Made by a program: the position numbers and the translations under genes. Shown here piece by piece: positions 12,348-24,389 of a stretch of DNA of 64,000 nt. This DNA comes from Setoptus koraiensis (Eukaryota > Animalia > Arthropoda): contig CM106585.1 of NCBI GenBank assembly GCA_048013815.1, positions 248,001 through 312,000 on the forward strand, given 5' to 3'. The number at the start of each line of letters is the position of its first letter. Positions within the stretch are counted from its first letter, which is position 1. The notes under the pieces were generated by a model that worked only from the letters and a program-made list of their open reading frames with translations, ran no database searches and was not told the DNA's origin.

Positions 12348-12779
12348 TTATAAATAGAAGCACGGTGAAGCAATATGAACTATCCATGTGAATCTCTGAC
12401 CATTGCACCACAGTCACCACCACCACTACCAACCGCTATCACCTAGCAAAAGAATGGCAGCAGCGGCAGCGACTGTAGAAGCCACCAAACGGATTCTTGT
12501 TGAACTTCGGCGAAGTGCCAATACAAATTGTTGTTCGCACTAGCAAATGAAGTGAACGATATGTTTTTAATCTATTGTAATTATTATTATTATTTATTCA
12601 ATAAATTAGTTGTGTGCGAAATGCAATATATATCATCTATCAATAAAATAACTCCTCCTCTTAATTAAACTAAACTCTGGAGAAGATTCTTAATCTCATC
12701 AACTCGGAAGCCAATCAAATAGTTTAGTATATATCCATATATATATATACATATATACAAACACATTTTTACTGTCAAA

Positions 12780-13419
12780 ATGATGTCATCTAATTTAGCC
12801 GCAGCTGAGAACGGTGGAGTAGACCAAACCCAAAGCGATTGGTGGCTAGCCAGATGGTCCAGTCAACTAGCATGCTTGGGCGCTTGTATTTTGGGTTTTA
12901 TTGGAGTATTGACGTTTATAGGAACCAGTGTGTCGTGCATGTTCGCTGGTGCAGGACAGGTGTAAGTTACAAACTTTGAGTTGGTCTTGTCACATATTAG
13001 TGGTGATGTCGGTACACCTCATAGCTTGTCAATCAACATCACCACTAACTCATATACGATACCAAAAACAATGGACTAATCAAAGCCGATCTCTCTCCTT
13101 TTTCTTTCTTTTTTACACTCGACACAGTGCTACGGCTATACTAGTTCTGTCGGTAGAAGGATCCTCGTTTGTCTCAGCTTTATCATTTGCCAAACCGATT
13201 GGACAATTTTTTGTTGGTAGACCTGTTTGGCTCAAGACAGCTGTCTATGCTATTGCCACTATACTCCCAATGGTGATGATTGAATGTCATGGATTCTTTG
13301 TCATATTGGGCTTCTTAGTATCGGCAGCCATCACGGCAATCTATGGTATGCTACTAATTGGGAGAAAGGGACAGCTAGACGACATGAGACAAACTGCCAA
13401 TCAGCCATCTTACCCATGA
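12780..13419 (+). CDS. CACFD1: Calcium channel flower homolog, 2 exons: 12780-12961 and 13128-13419 (157 aa)
   Basis: Phase-2 intron GTAAGT...ACACAG joins SVSCMFAGAGQV to ATAILVLSVEG...AIYGMLLIGRKGQLDDMR, matching the Flower family pattern SVSCLVAGILQ...VYGMMALGKK...DMR. Confidence 0.86.
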
Positions 13420-13486
13420 TCTTATTGAGAATCAACAATCCAACAATAAAACAACACTAATCGAATAGCATCGAAACATTATATGT

Positions 13487-14482
13487 TTATTTGATTGGTA
13501 CATTCTTTAGACTTGATGTGAATAGACCGTCATTACCCTTGATTTTAAACGGAACACTCTTGTAATGAGCCACGCCATCATCGTTGGTCTTGATGTGTAC
13601 GCTTACCTGTTCCCAAACTTTTTTCTTTGGATTCAATTGGCTATCAGGCTCTCCTTCATACCCTTCACAGATCACACGATCACCTGGACTACTTTGATCA
13701 GGAGTCGACAAAAGCTCAACCTTATCCGGTGTTGAGGCACACATAACCATGGCCTCGGATAGAATTCCTCTCATCTTGGCCGGTTTGAGATTACACAAAA
13801 CAACAACTTTTCTATTTTGCATTTCTTCAATTGGCACATGTTTAACTAGGCCCGATATAACTGTTCTCGGGTTTTCGTCACCACATACAATTGTTTCAAC
13901 GTATAAAGAGTCTGCGTCAGGGTGTTTTTTCACATCGATAATCTGTCCAATTCTTAGATCGAGCCTACTAATGTCTACTGGTTTGTCATCTACTTGTGAT
14001 TGTCCACCTTTACCTGACTTAGGCGCAGCTTGTTTTGGTGCCGGCTTTGATTGGGCCACCTCTTGTTGATCATTGCTCTTTGAAATCTGTTCACCAGACA
14101 CAGTTAGTTCTTCAAGTTTTTCGCTCACAACATCCGCCTTGGCATCGGCGTGAGACTTAATGATCATCTCGTCTGTCAGCTTGGTGTTTGGATTGGTTTT
14201 GTTCTTTTCCAATTCACCTACCAAGGTCCTGATTTGCTGTTGCAACGTCTGGCTCTCTTTTATTAATTGTTCCTTGAGTTGGCTTGGAGAGGCCATAATA
14301 GAGGTTATGTTTGGAAGATATAATCTAATGATTTTATAATTTAACAACGGCTGATTATGCTTAGAGAAAACAGGATGAGTATAATTTCTTCGGATCAGAT
14401 TCCTTTCAGCACCGGAGTAATATCTTATTCCTATCGACGACTGCAAGCGGCTAGTCCGATAAATAAAGCAGGCAGCTTTCAT
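13487..14482 (-). CDS. AIMP1: AIMP1/p43 (EMAP II) with C-terminal tRNA-binding OB fold; conserved-type start probably ATG 14296
   Basis: DISRLDLRIGQIIDVKKHPDADSLYVE, RTVISGLV, LCNLKPAKMRGILSEAMVMCAS, QLNPKKKVWE; N-terminal coiled coil. Confidence 0.9.
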   Translation of the reverse strand: MKAACFIYRTSRLQSSIGIRYYSGAERNLIRRNYTHPVFSKHNQPLLNYKIIRLYLPNITSIMASPSQLKEQLIKESQTLQQQIRTLVGELEKNKTNPNTKLTDEMIIKSHADAKADVVSEKLEELTVSGEQISKSNDQQEVAQSKPAPKQAAPKSGKGGQSQVDDKPVDISRLDLRIGQIIDVKKHPDADSLYVETIVCGDENPRTVISGLVKHVPIEEMQNRKVVVLCNLKPAKMRGILSEAMVMCASTPDKVELLSTPDQSSPGDRVICEGYEGEPDSQLNPKKKVWEQVSVHIKTNDDGVAHYKSVPFKIKGNDGLFTSSLKNVPIK

Positions 14483-14895
14483 GAACTATTGATCCCTTTT
14501 AATTTAACGCGTAACCTCTGATTGCTAAGTATAGTATTTTTCTCTTGAAACCACCTTGTATGATACAAGTTGTATCTTCAATGGCCAGATGTCTCGCTGT
14601 TTAATAGAAACACAAAAAACAAACATGTGTCGAGCTACAGGCGTGGACAGCATTGTCATAAGTGCGTTACGCACAGTTATGGATTGTTCAAGCACTACAG
14701 ACAGGAGATTTCTAAAATAATTGGCGGGAATATCCTATCTTCCATAATCCATTGTCACAAATCTGCATCGTATGATGCAGATAAAAAATAAATAAGTTTA
14801 TCGGCAATGGTTTTGACGAATTCACAAATAAATCTTGCACAAGTTAGGGTAAAGCTTATATTGAGAAACGTAAGAAGAGAATTAACACAAGCAAA

Positions 14896-16023
14896 ATGTC
14901 AAGTTTCTTTCACAGAGTTTGCTTCATCTTGCTGATTGCAAGTGTTCAAATGACATCATGGTCCGCTTTTGGCTCAACACCATTCCCTGAGAATACGGAC
15001 ATCACGCCTAACAAACATTATTACCAGGTAAAAAGCAGGACATCGATGATAGTTGTCAACACTTGGAATTTTATCGACGCGAATTCTGCTGCTTGGTATC
15101 AACTGGTCAACAATAAATCAGCATTGGATGCCGTCGAGACAGGTTGTTCTCAATGCGAGAAAGATAGATGCGACGGAACTGTTGGCTGGGGTGGAAGTCC
15201 AGCCGAAAATAGTGAAACAGCATTGGACGCGCTTATTATGGATGGAACCAATTTTAATATTGGTGCGGTGGCCGGTTTGCGACGCATCAAAAGCGCCATA
15301 TCTGTTGCTAGGAAGATCATGGAGCATACAAATCACACAATGCTAGTGGGCGACTTTGCCACAGAATTCGCCATGAAGATGGGATTCAAGGAAGAAAATC
15401 TGACAAGCAAGGAATCGTTACTCATGTGGAATAATTGGAAAGACAATAACTGTCAGCCCAACTATTGGCGAAATGTTAAACCAAATCCACGAAGCTTTTG
15501 TGGTCCTTATAAGCCTATCGACGTGAAACCAGACGATATGTTAGCGTTTAGTGGTGATAGCCAACAACCAACGAATGACCATCTCAAACCAGGACATGAT
15601 ACGATTGGAATGATAGTCATGGATTCGCAGGGCAGAATGGCTGCTGGTACCTCCACCAATGGTCTACGGTACAAAATCCAAGGTAGAGTTGGAGACTCTC
15701 CGATACCCGGTGCAGGTGCTTATGTTGATGGTGAAGTCGGAGGGGCAGCGGCAACTGGAGATGGAGATGTCATGATGCGATTCTTACTGTCCTATCAAGC
15801 CGTTGAAAATCTCAGAAAAGGTCTGTCCCCACAAGAAGCTGCAAGCGATGTTATTAAAAGGCTGATGTCGAAAACTAGTCCTCCTTACCCTATGGCAGCG
15901 GTTATAGTTGTCTCGACCGATGGATCCCATGGGGCCTCATGTTGTGGAATGAACGCCTTCCCTCGAGTAATTAGTGATTTCCGTGGTAGATATACAGTTG
16001 TGTCTAAATGTCTGGGAAAGTGA
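14896..16023 (+). CDS. AGA: N4-(beta-N-acetylglucosaminyl)-L-asparaginase (glycosylasparaginase), intronless
   Basis: Signal peptide, VVNTWNF, CDGTVGWGGSP, HDTIGM (N-terminal nucleophile Thr), GRVGDSPIPGAGAY, ATGDGDVMMRF. Confidence 0.96.
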   Translation: MSSFFHRVCFILLIASVQMTSWSAFGSTPFPENTDITPNKHYYQVKSRTSMIVVNTWNFIDANSAAWYQLVNNKSALDAVETGCSQCEKDRCDGTVGWGGSPAENSETALDALIMDGTNFNIGAVAGLRRIKSAISVARKIMEHTNHTMLVGDFATEFAMKMGFKEENLTSKESLLMWNNWKDNNCQPNYWRNVKPNPRSFCGPYKPIDVKPDDMLAFSGDSQQPTNDHLKPGHDTIGMIVMDSQGRMAAGTSTNGLRYKIQGRVGDSPIPGAGAYVDGEVGGAAATGDGDVMMRFLLSYQAVENLRKGLSPQEAASDVIKRLMSKTSPPYPMAAVIVVSTDGSHGASCCGMNAFPRVISDFRGRYTVVSKCLGK

Positions 16024-16499
16024 AACTATCTACAAAACTGCTATACTTCAGTTCCTGTGTAAATACGAATAACAATTTATATACGAATAACAATTGACCG
16101 CAAGTAAACCTCTATCACCAGAATTTCCACAAAGTTCAATGCTGGATCTTTCAGAACGCCTACTCAACTACAACATCACTATCGTATCAAAACATCTTAG
16201 TAAAAAGCTTCGAAATAAATGTTGGATGCAAACAACTATCTTTGAATTTTTCGATAACAGACCACTTGAACGAGAAACTAAACTTATATTTGGCATCTAA
16301 AAAACGAATCGAGTTTAGTTGCCGAGAACTGTACTACAGTTATTGGCGAATGAACAAATTTCTTTCTCTGGGAGAACAATATTCGGAAAAGAATATCTAT
16401 AGAATACAATAGCATAAAAATTAGAGATTTGATGAGAGAAATTTGATTATTATATGCATTTATGTTGTCATCCAATTTAGGTGTTGCTGGTAGTTCAAT

Positions 16500-19278
16500 C
16501 AACCGAGCAAACAATGAGCAGCCGGGTGTTCCCTCGAATAGGAGCCAAGCCCGATTTCCTTCAAACTCGACACCTGGGCCCCGAAGGGGCCCCAAAGATC
16601 AAATAAAGTGGTCCGGAAGTGCGGAAATTTCAACTTCCGAAAATATGGAAAAATGCATTTTTCGGACCTCACAGGGGCCTCAGACCTAAAATTTTAACAT
16701 GATTGTATAGATCCTAACGATGTCTTTGTAGGTCAGTTGAATTTAGCCTCATAGAGCATCCAGACCTCCAGATAATAAACTTCGACTCCATGAACCACTT
16801 CCGGTCTACGTGATAGTAGTCTTATCGAACATCGCACGACTCTCCGTGTGTCGGGCACGCATTCGCATTGTTTCTGGTGTCCGGATGTGTGACAATTACT
16901 CGGCCGAAGGCCGGTGTTGTCGGTTCGATCGAGGGTTGAGGGCGAAGCCCGGGTGTTGTTCGGAACACGTGCCAAGCCCGATTTCCTCCAAACTTCACAC
17001 ATGGGCCCCGAAGGGGCCCTAAAGAACAAATATAGTGGTCCGGAAGTGCGGAAATTTCTACTTCCGGAGATATGGAAAAATGCATTTTTCGGGCCTCTGA
17101 GGGGCCCCAGACCTTAGATTTTTGTATGATTGTCTAGATCCAGATGCTATCTATGTGATAGAGTTGAGATAAATATCTTACATCCATTACAAATCTCGTT
17201 GGCGATTTGACAATAAGTGCAAGTCACACTTCCGGTTTGCAAACTGACGCGATTCGGCTGTACTACCACCTAGTTACAGTCTCTAAAGCGGGTTCACACC
17301 ATATATGAAAAAAACCCGGCCCGATCACGGGCCCCGCCAACTCGACTCCCATTCCTCGGGAAGAATTTTTTTTGGTTAGGTGGCCGTCAGTCGTCCCGCC
17401 GGAGGCCGAACCCCTCTCCCGGCCCGGGCCCAACCTGCTCGACTGTGGTACTCTTTTCCGGTGGTAAAATCCCAAAAGTTTGGGGATATATCCCTGATCG
17501 CGTGATGTACGTGAATCTGGTCCAAACGTGAATAGGCACGCGCAACTGGTAGCAAATAGTAATAGTGCACGCGCTGAGACTCGGTGTGTAGTCTGACTAA
17601 TTGCGGGTGCAGTTTCACTCCGCGCCGCGCGCATCGGTCACGCCTCTTCAGTTCGACTGCTTTTACTCGACTTCTGGAGCTTCTAGGTGCAATCTACCTT
17701 CGGTATAAAGATGTTGGTACCCTGACCGATGTCCGTTCGGGTGGGTACAATCGAGGCAGTAATTTTTGGTACAGGGGTAGGAATAGTGTGTCTTCCCCTG
17801 CGCAGAACAGAGCGCGAATTTGAAACAAGAAAAAGTTTGCGCAAGGCGCGATTGAGTAATAAAAAATTGGGGTGTTGTAGCGAATAGCGACCCAGTCAGA
17901 TTTCGATGAAACTTTACACATGGAGCCCGTGGGGCTCCCTGACAACAGTTTGAGGGTGTTGTAGCGAATAGCGACCCAGTCAGATTTCGATGAAACTTTA
18001 CACATCGGGCCCGTGGGGCCCCCTGACAACAGTTTGAGTGGTCCGAAAGTGCGGAAACTTCCGGTTCCGGTTTTACAAAAACATTGAGATACAGATTTGA
18101 AACTCACTAGATAACTGAAACTGTGCATGCGGAATACGATCATGTCTATTTCAAGTCTGTACGACTTCCGGTTCACGAGATATTTGGTTAAAACTGCTGA
18201 GAGGGCGTCGACGGGACGAACTATCCGCGCGTGTTATGAAATAAGCAATTGCGGGTAGTGTTATTTTATATATAAGATATGCTCTATTTGTAGCTGGATA
18301 CAGGAATGAATCCATTACTCCCTGTGCGCTCGCCTTAAATAGGCGACGGCGTAGCGTCGAGCGCACAGGGAGGAGTTTGTATGGGATATGCCATGTTGTA
18401 TAACACGCGCCTGAATGAATTCGTGCGCTTAGAGGCTCATGCAATTTATCACACAAGCTGGCACAGCCTTTTTTCTGTGCCAAAAACATGTCTCCAGTTC
18501 GTTCTTTCACCTTCATTCCTGTGTGGATTGTAGTCACCTGAGCGGAGGGTAGAGGGCGTAGCCCGATACCCGAAGCGCTCATCAACCCTACCCGAAGGGT
18601 TCCCGTCGCAAAAAGTCGTGAGAGCGACGGAGATGTGACGGCCTCCAGAATACGAGGCCGCAGGCCGAGTTCTCAGACACACCGCATGCCATCCCCGAGC
18701 GCAGCGAAGCAATAATTTGGTCACTTCCGGTCTTCTAACCCTAGTAATATCTCTATATCTCGAAAACCGGAAGTCGCACCGAAACGATTCGGCTGTACTA
18801 CCACCTAGTTACGGTCTCTCAAGCAAGTTCACACCATATATAGAAGAAATCCGGCCCGCAGACGGGCCCCGCCCACTCGACTCCCATTCCTCGGGAAGAA
18901 TCTTTTTTAGTTTGCTGGCCGTCATTCGTCCCGCCGAAGGCCGCAGGCCGTAGGCGTGGACGACTGGAGGCCGAACCTCTTCTCCGGCCCAAGCTGCTCG
19001 ACCGTGGAACTTTTTTCCGGTGGTAAAATCCCAAAAGTTTGGGGATATATCCCTGATCGTGTTCTGCACGTGAATCTGGTCTACACGTGAATAAGCACGC
19101 GCAACTGGTAGCAAAAAATAATAGTGCACGCGCTAGGACTCGGTGTGTAGTCTGACTTATTGCCTAATTGACTTCTTCAGTACGACTGCTTTTACTCGAC
19201 TTCTAGAGCTTCTAGGTGCAATCTTCCTACGATATAAAGATGTTAGTACCCTACCTGAGGTTCGTGCGGGTGGGTATG
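16500..19278. mobile_element. Cluster 1 of a modular non-coding repeat family (GNA-hairpin/CCGGAAGT family), probably non-autonomous transposon-derived
   Basis: Internal duplications: ~16520-16690 vs ~16950-17115; 84-bp tandem at 17870/17954; ~17250-17750 vs ~18780-19278. The same modules recur at 58.0-63.5 kb. No transposase ORF. Confidence 0.85.
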
Positions 19279-19282
19279 CCAT

Positions 19283-19981
19283 TCATTTATTCTGAGCGAG
19301 TTCTAACAGCTGGCTCAAAACATTACTCGTGGTTCTGGATTCCAAATCAGCTTCTTTTCCTCTTGATATTCTCTTTTTCAAGCACCAAACAATAGCCGCT
19401 GCGACTACTGTAACTATTAATGAGCAGAGGAGGATCATATCAACGAACAGAGTCTTTGAAATGGTTCACTGCTCATCTCTTTTCACAATCGCATCTTCGA
19501 TCGTGCTTAAACGGGCTTTCAAGGTATCTTCCATGTTCAACAGGTGTTTCAAGGAAAGTTGCAATTTTTCTTCCATCGGTCCTCTCTTACAGATTTTTTG
19601 GCCCATTGCGGATCGAGAGTATGATCGAGTTTCATCGAGGGCTCTACGTGCCTCGTCAACCTCAGACTTAAGTTTCTTGGTTCCCCCATTTTGCTGGTGG
19701 AGAATGTTTGAGTGATCCGATATCGACCCGTGAGTATCGTGACAGGACAAATGGCGCAAATGATCATACCGAACCAACTTAAACTGGTGATATTTTTCGC
19801 TTTTAACGTCTTTTAATTCGAGGAAATGATGATGACCGCAAGAAAGAAGATGAAAGACCAAAATTTCAGCTTGCGATTGATTATTAATTGCGAATAGTGA
19901 TGATGATTCTATTCATGATGTAGTTATAGTGGATTACTCACCTTGTTTATTGGTAGTTGTCAAGTATTGCAAGTGTTGCAT
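19283..19981 (-). pseudogene. Spliced coiled-coil plus C-terminal TM gene with an in-frame TGA (19466-19468) upstream of the TM segment
   Basis: Donor CAAG|GTGAGT at 19942/19941, pyrimidine tract and phase-matched acceptor at 19810/19809. After the TGA the frame continues TISKTLFVDMILLCSLIVTVVAAAIVWCLKKR...AQNK* to 19283. Confidence 0.6.
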
Positions 19982-20135
19982 GATTAATTCTATAAGAACG
20001 ATGAAAACTTTGATGCGAACTGAATGAGAAATGAAAACTGACTGACAAGGTAAACCTCTTTGGCATGACTTTCGAATTGACTTGACTATAGCTTTTCTGA
20101 ACTCTCCAGGGGGCTTCTTTAGAAAGACGACACAC

Positions 20136-20235
20136 CCGGATTTGGGTATTTTGGGTAGAATCGGGTAGAACATGATGCCCTGATACCGGAATGGGTATTC
20201 CGGAAGTGCGGAAATTTCCCGTACTCGAGATACCC
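20136..20235. repeat. GGGTA/TACCC-rich module of the same repeat family, running into the gap
   Basis: Contains CCGGAAGTGCGGAAATTT and is similar to the reverse complement of 63405-63481. Confidence 0.8.
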
Positions 20236-20735
20236 NNNNNNNNNNNNNNNNNNNNNNNNNNNNNNNNNNNNNNNNNNNNNNNNNNNNNNNNNNNNNNNNN
20301 NNNNNNNNNNNNNNNNNNNNNNNNNNNNNNNNNNNNNNNNNNNNNNNNNNNNNNNNNNNNNNNNNNNNNNNNNNNNNNNNNNNNNNNNNNNNNNNNNNNN
20401 NNNNNNNNNNNNNNNNNNNNNNNNNNNNNNNNNNNNNNNNNNNNNNNNNNNNNNNNNNNNNNNNNNNNNNNNNNNNNNNNNNNNNNNNNNNNNNNNNNNN
20501 NNNNNNNNNNNNNNNNNNNNNNNNNNNNNNNNNNNNNNNNNNNNNNNNNNNNNNNNNNNNNNNNNNNNNNNNNNNNNNNNNNNNNNNNNNNNNNNNNNNN
20601 NNNNNNNNNNNNNNNNNNNNNNNNNNNNNNNNNNNNNNNNNNNNNNNNNNNNNNNNNNNNNNNNNNNNNNNNNNNNNNNNNNNNNNNNNNNNNNNNNNNN
20701 NNNNNNNNNNNNNNNNNNNNNNNNNNNNNNNNNNN
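20236..20735. other. Assembly gap of exactly 500 N (true size unknown)
   Basis: Both gaps in the window are exactly 500 N, which suggests a placeholder length. Confidence 0.97.
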
Positions 20736-21877
20736 AGAGATTAGAGTGATTTTATCATCAGACCTTGCATTTATACAATCACAAACCAAAGGTGGTGGTG
20801 CGCGTGTTATTATGGAGAGATATCAATATCTATAGTATATTACCAAGATTTACTAAACAACTTCTTCACTTGCGTCATCTGATAATATTATAACGGTGAC
20901 AATGAGGATAGAAAAAAGATAAGCACACAAGCTAGTCGAAGAGAAAGTCATCACAGGTAATGACTTTCTCTTCTTATTTATATACCGGTGTATCAACTTT
21001 GTGCTCCTTTCTATTGAGTTTATCGCTTAATTTTCTTTTTAGCAATCTACCGGCCGACAACAAGCGAGAAACTCGCAAGAGGTATACCAAGAATGATATA
21101 ATAAACTAGAAAGGAATTTCACTAGACTACAGATTAGATATTAATGCTATTACTATGTATATCTATTTAATGATGGCATATGCACATGCTAATAAGCACT
21201 AAAAATCAACAACACAGTTGATATAAGTGAAGTAAATATTTTGGCACCTTCACACATCAACTGAATGATATGTTATTTAGTTGTTGAATCAAGTGAATAA
21301 TCTATGTACCATATGGGCCAATTGCTATAACGATTATGTGTTTTTTGCTATATATACCGGTATATAATTAGATGGACGATTGGACGGACAAGCAATAAAG
21401 AGAGCGTTTACTAGATGAAGAAGAAAGAAATTTCCTCGCCTAGATGGGGACTTCTTTCCTTCCAAACAAATACGCCGAAAATCTAAAGGTACCTTATTCA
21501 TAGGTATAAAACAATAATGATGGCTCCCACTAAATGGTTAGCAACTTGCGACACTGTTGGGTTTCATTTCTATTCGCAATACTTATTACTTATTCATGTA
21601 TTCACGTGTTCACGTGTTCACGTATTTGTATATCAGTAATACTAGTATATTAGTTTATTCGTGCTGACCGTTCAATTCGTTATTGTTATTCATTCTATCG
21701 GCGATCTTTGCATCCGTTTCCATACTATTATTACTTATTCTCATTGGTATTTCTTTTCTTCGCTCTAGTTTTTGTTGTTTGTTTATTCTCTTCATTTGTC
21801 ACTATATATAACTGTTTAACTGACCAATGTCCAACTGTGTGAACTCGCACGTATATAATATTTTCATTCGCACATAG

Positions 21878-23224
21878 GTGAAAAACCGAAGGAAGAAGTA
21901 ACCATTATAAATCGGACACAACACAGATATTATGGTGCCACCAAGCGGATGAGCAAGAAAACAATTATTAGATGTAACTATTATCGAGCTAATAATTTAG
22001 CGCACAAATGCAATTGTTCAGTTGAATGGAATAATAGATTCGAACGACAACATGTAGCTCTGGTCACTTTCTTATTGCATAATCAAACTAACAGCGTGAT
22101 TAATAACCCTATTGTTATAGTTGCCAATGTTACAAATGTCATCGGGAAGAACCTTGTTAACTTGGATGCTAGTTTGCTGATGGAACCAACCAATAATGGA
22201 CAACAAAGACAACAACAATCTAGGTCAAACAAGCCAAAAGTCAACGATGACGCCGATCTTATAAGTAATGATGCTGGTGAATATATAGATAATAATACTA
22301 TTGTCAATGTTATAGGAGTGGTCTATCCTTTGTCGAATTCATCAACTGTGTTTTGTTCATCATTAATAACGGATGAAATGACTGAAACAGACAATTCATT
22401 TGAAGTGATTGAACAAAAATCTACAAGTTCAATAACAAATTATTACGATGATAGAAATAACAGACATAGAATTAAACGACAAGATAATCCATCAATTGAA
22501 AATGAAAACAATAATAACAGTGAAATCAATCGACAACTAATGCCAATAACAAATAATAACGTATCATCAATGGATAATCTTAATCATACTAATGAATGCA
22601 AATTGTTGGCCAGTAGCGCCGACGAAGATGGTAAAGGTTTCCATGGAAAACGAGATTGTGCATTATTTAATGATAAAGGTTATGTAATTTATTCTGCATT
22701 TGGATCATTTTATATTCCAATGTTTATAATGTTATTCTTCTATTCGCGAATATATTTAGTGGCTAGTAAAAGTCAGCAAGCATTAAAGCGTGGTTATATG
22801 ACAACTAAATCACGTTCATCAACTAAATATTCTACAAATGAACGTGTTACATTAAGAATACATCGTGGCACAATGGATTCAACAGAGACATCTACTCATA
22901 CAAACAACAATAATGTTAATCCATTAGCAATTGCAGGAACCAACACTAATGGTTGCGTCATAACCGACAAAACTTTAACTTCTTCCACTCCCACTACTAT
23001 TGCAACCACCACCACCAACACCACCACCACTACCGCTACTGATGTTAATACTAGACATCATGACGATTCTGGCAAGTGGATGGGGCAACATTCAAATGAA
23101 CAACAACGACAAGATTTCGTTTGTGTTGTTGTTGCTGCTGCTGATGGTCCTAGTGATGGTAAGAATATAAATAATGATAATGTGCAAGGTGCATCAGCAA
23201 AAGAGATAGTTGTACAGCAACAGC

Positions 23225-23280
<56 letters not shown>

Positions 23281-24333
23281 AAGAACCTCGGAGAGCAATA
23301 TCTGGATGAACTGATAATAGGAGATAGCAACAATAAAAGCATCTTTGCCAATCGATGCGATAATAATGATAGAAGCAATAATAACATTGATGGTGATACG
23401 ACAATACAATATAATACCAACGTTATTGATGATATTCGGTCTGTTCGGGATATTCGAAACATTCAAAGTATTAATAGTGATGGAAATAGTGAAAAGGAAA
23501 AGATAGACGCAGATGAAAATAAACAAATATATGATAGTTGTTCTAATAATATTAAAATGAAGAATTGTCAGAAAGCTAAAGGAAACTATTATTATTATCC
23601 TGCTACCACAACAATAACAACAACGACAGCAACAACTACAACAACAACAACCAGTCCCATTAGTATAACAATAGATTCGCCAACTGATAATGGCTGCCAA
23701 CTTATTGAGGCTTCTAAGACTACCACACAAGAACACGAACAACCGGAACTGGAACCACTTACTGGAAATATGTCACCTGATGGATTGGTGTCGATTTCTA
23801 TAACACCGCCACCTAGTTGTAGTATAGATAATATCGCAGGACGATTGCAAACATCATATGCTGATAATGATGATGGTAATAATTTAAATAGTAATAACGA
23901 AATGATATCAGTTGTCATTAGTTCGAAAACTAGATTTGGAGATACCACCAGCGAATATAATATTGACGCTAATAACAACAGCGATTTAGATAGAATAGAA
24001 TCATCATCTAAAATGACAAACTTAAACAATAGTGCTGGCGGCAGTAGTATCAGCATTATAGGTAATATACCTGTAGCCGCGGATCAAATGCGGAAGCATA
24101 GTATAATGTTATTGAATACATTCACTAGTAGAAGTAGTGAGACATTGCGTCGTTTATCACTGGCTGCAACACAACCAGTTAATCAATTGATTGGTGAATC
24201 ACTTAGAAAAAGGAATGAAAAGAAGAAGAAAAAGAAGAAGAGAAAAGAAGAGGAAAAAAAGGGAAAAAGAAGACCAAAAAAGAAGACACTAGATGATTAT
24301 CTAATGTATGTTGCCGGAATTGATGACGATGAC

Positions 24334-24389
<56 letters not shown>

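Noticed and set aside
16284-19129. Many 70-160 aa ORFs in repeat cluster 1 (and equivalents at 58-63 kb) as transposase or other genes
   Set aside because: No DDE, HUH, RT or helicase motifs; frames differ between copies; explained by GC-rich repeats.
19947-20835. ORFs spanning the N run
   Set aside because: Artefacts of translating N.
20880-21126. Apparent spliced tail (…RRESHH|SNLPADNKRETRKRY…)
   Set aside because: The frame is closed by TGA TAA just upstream with no acceptor, so no coherent gene model results.
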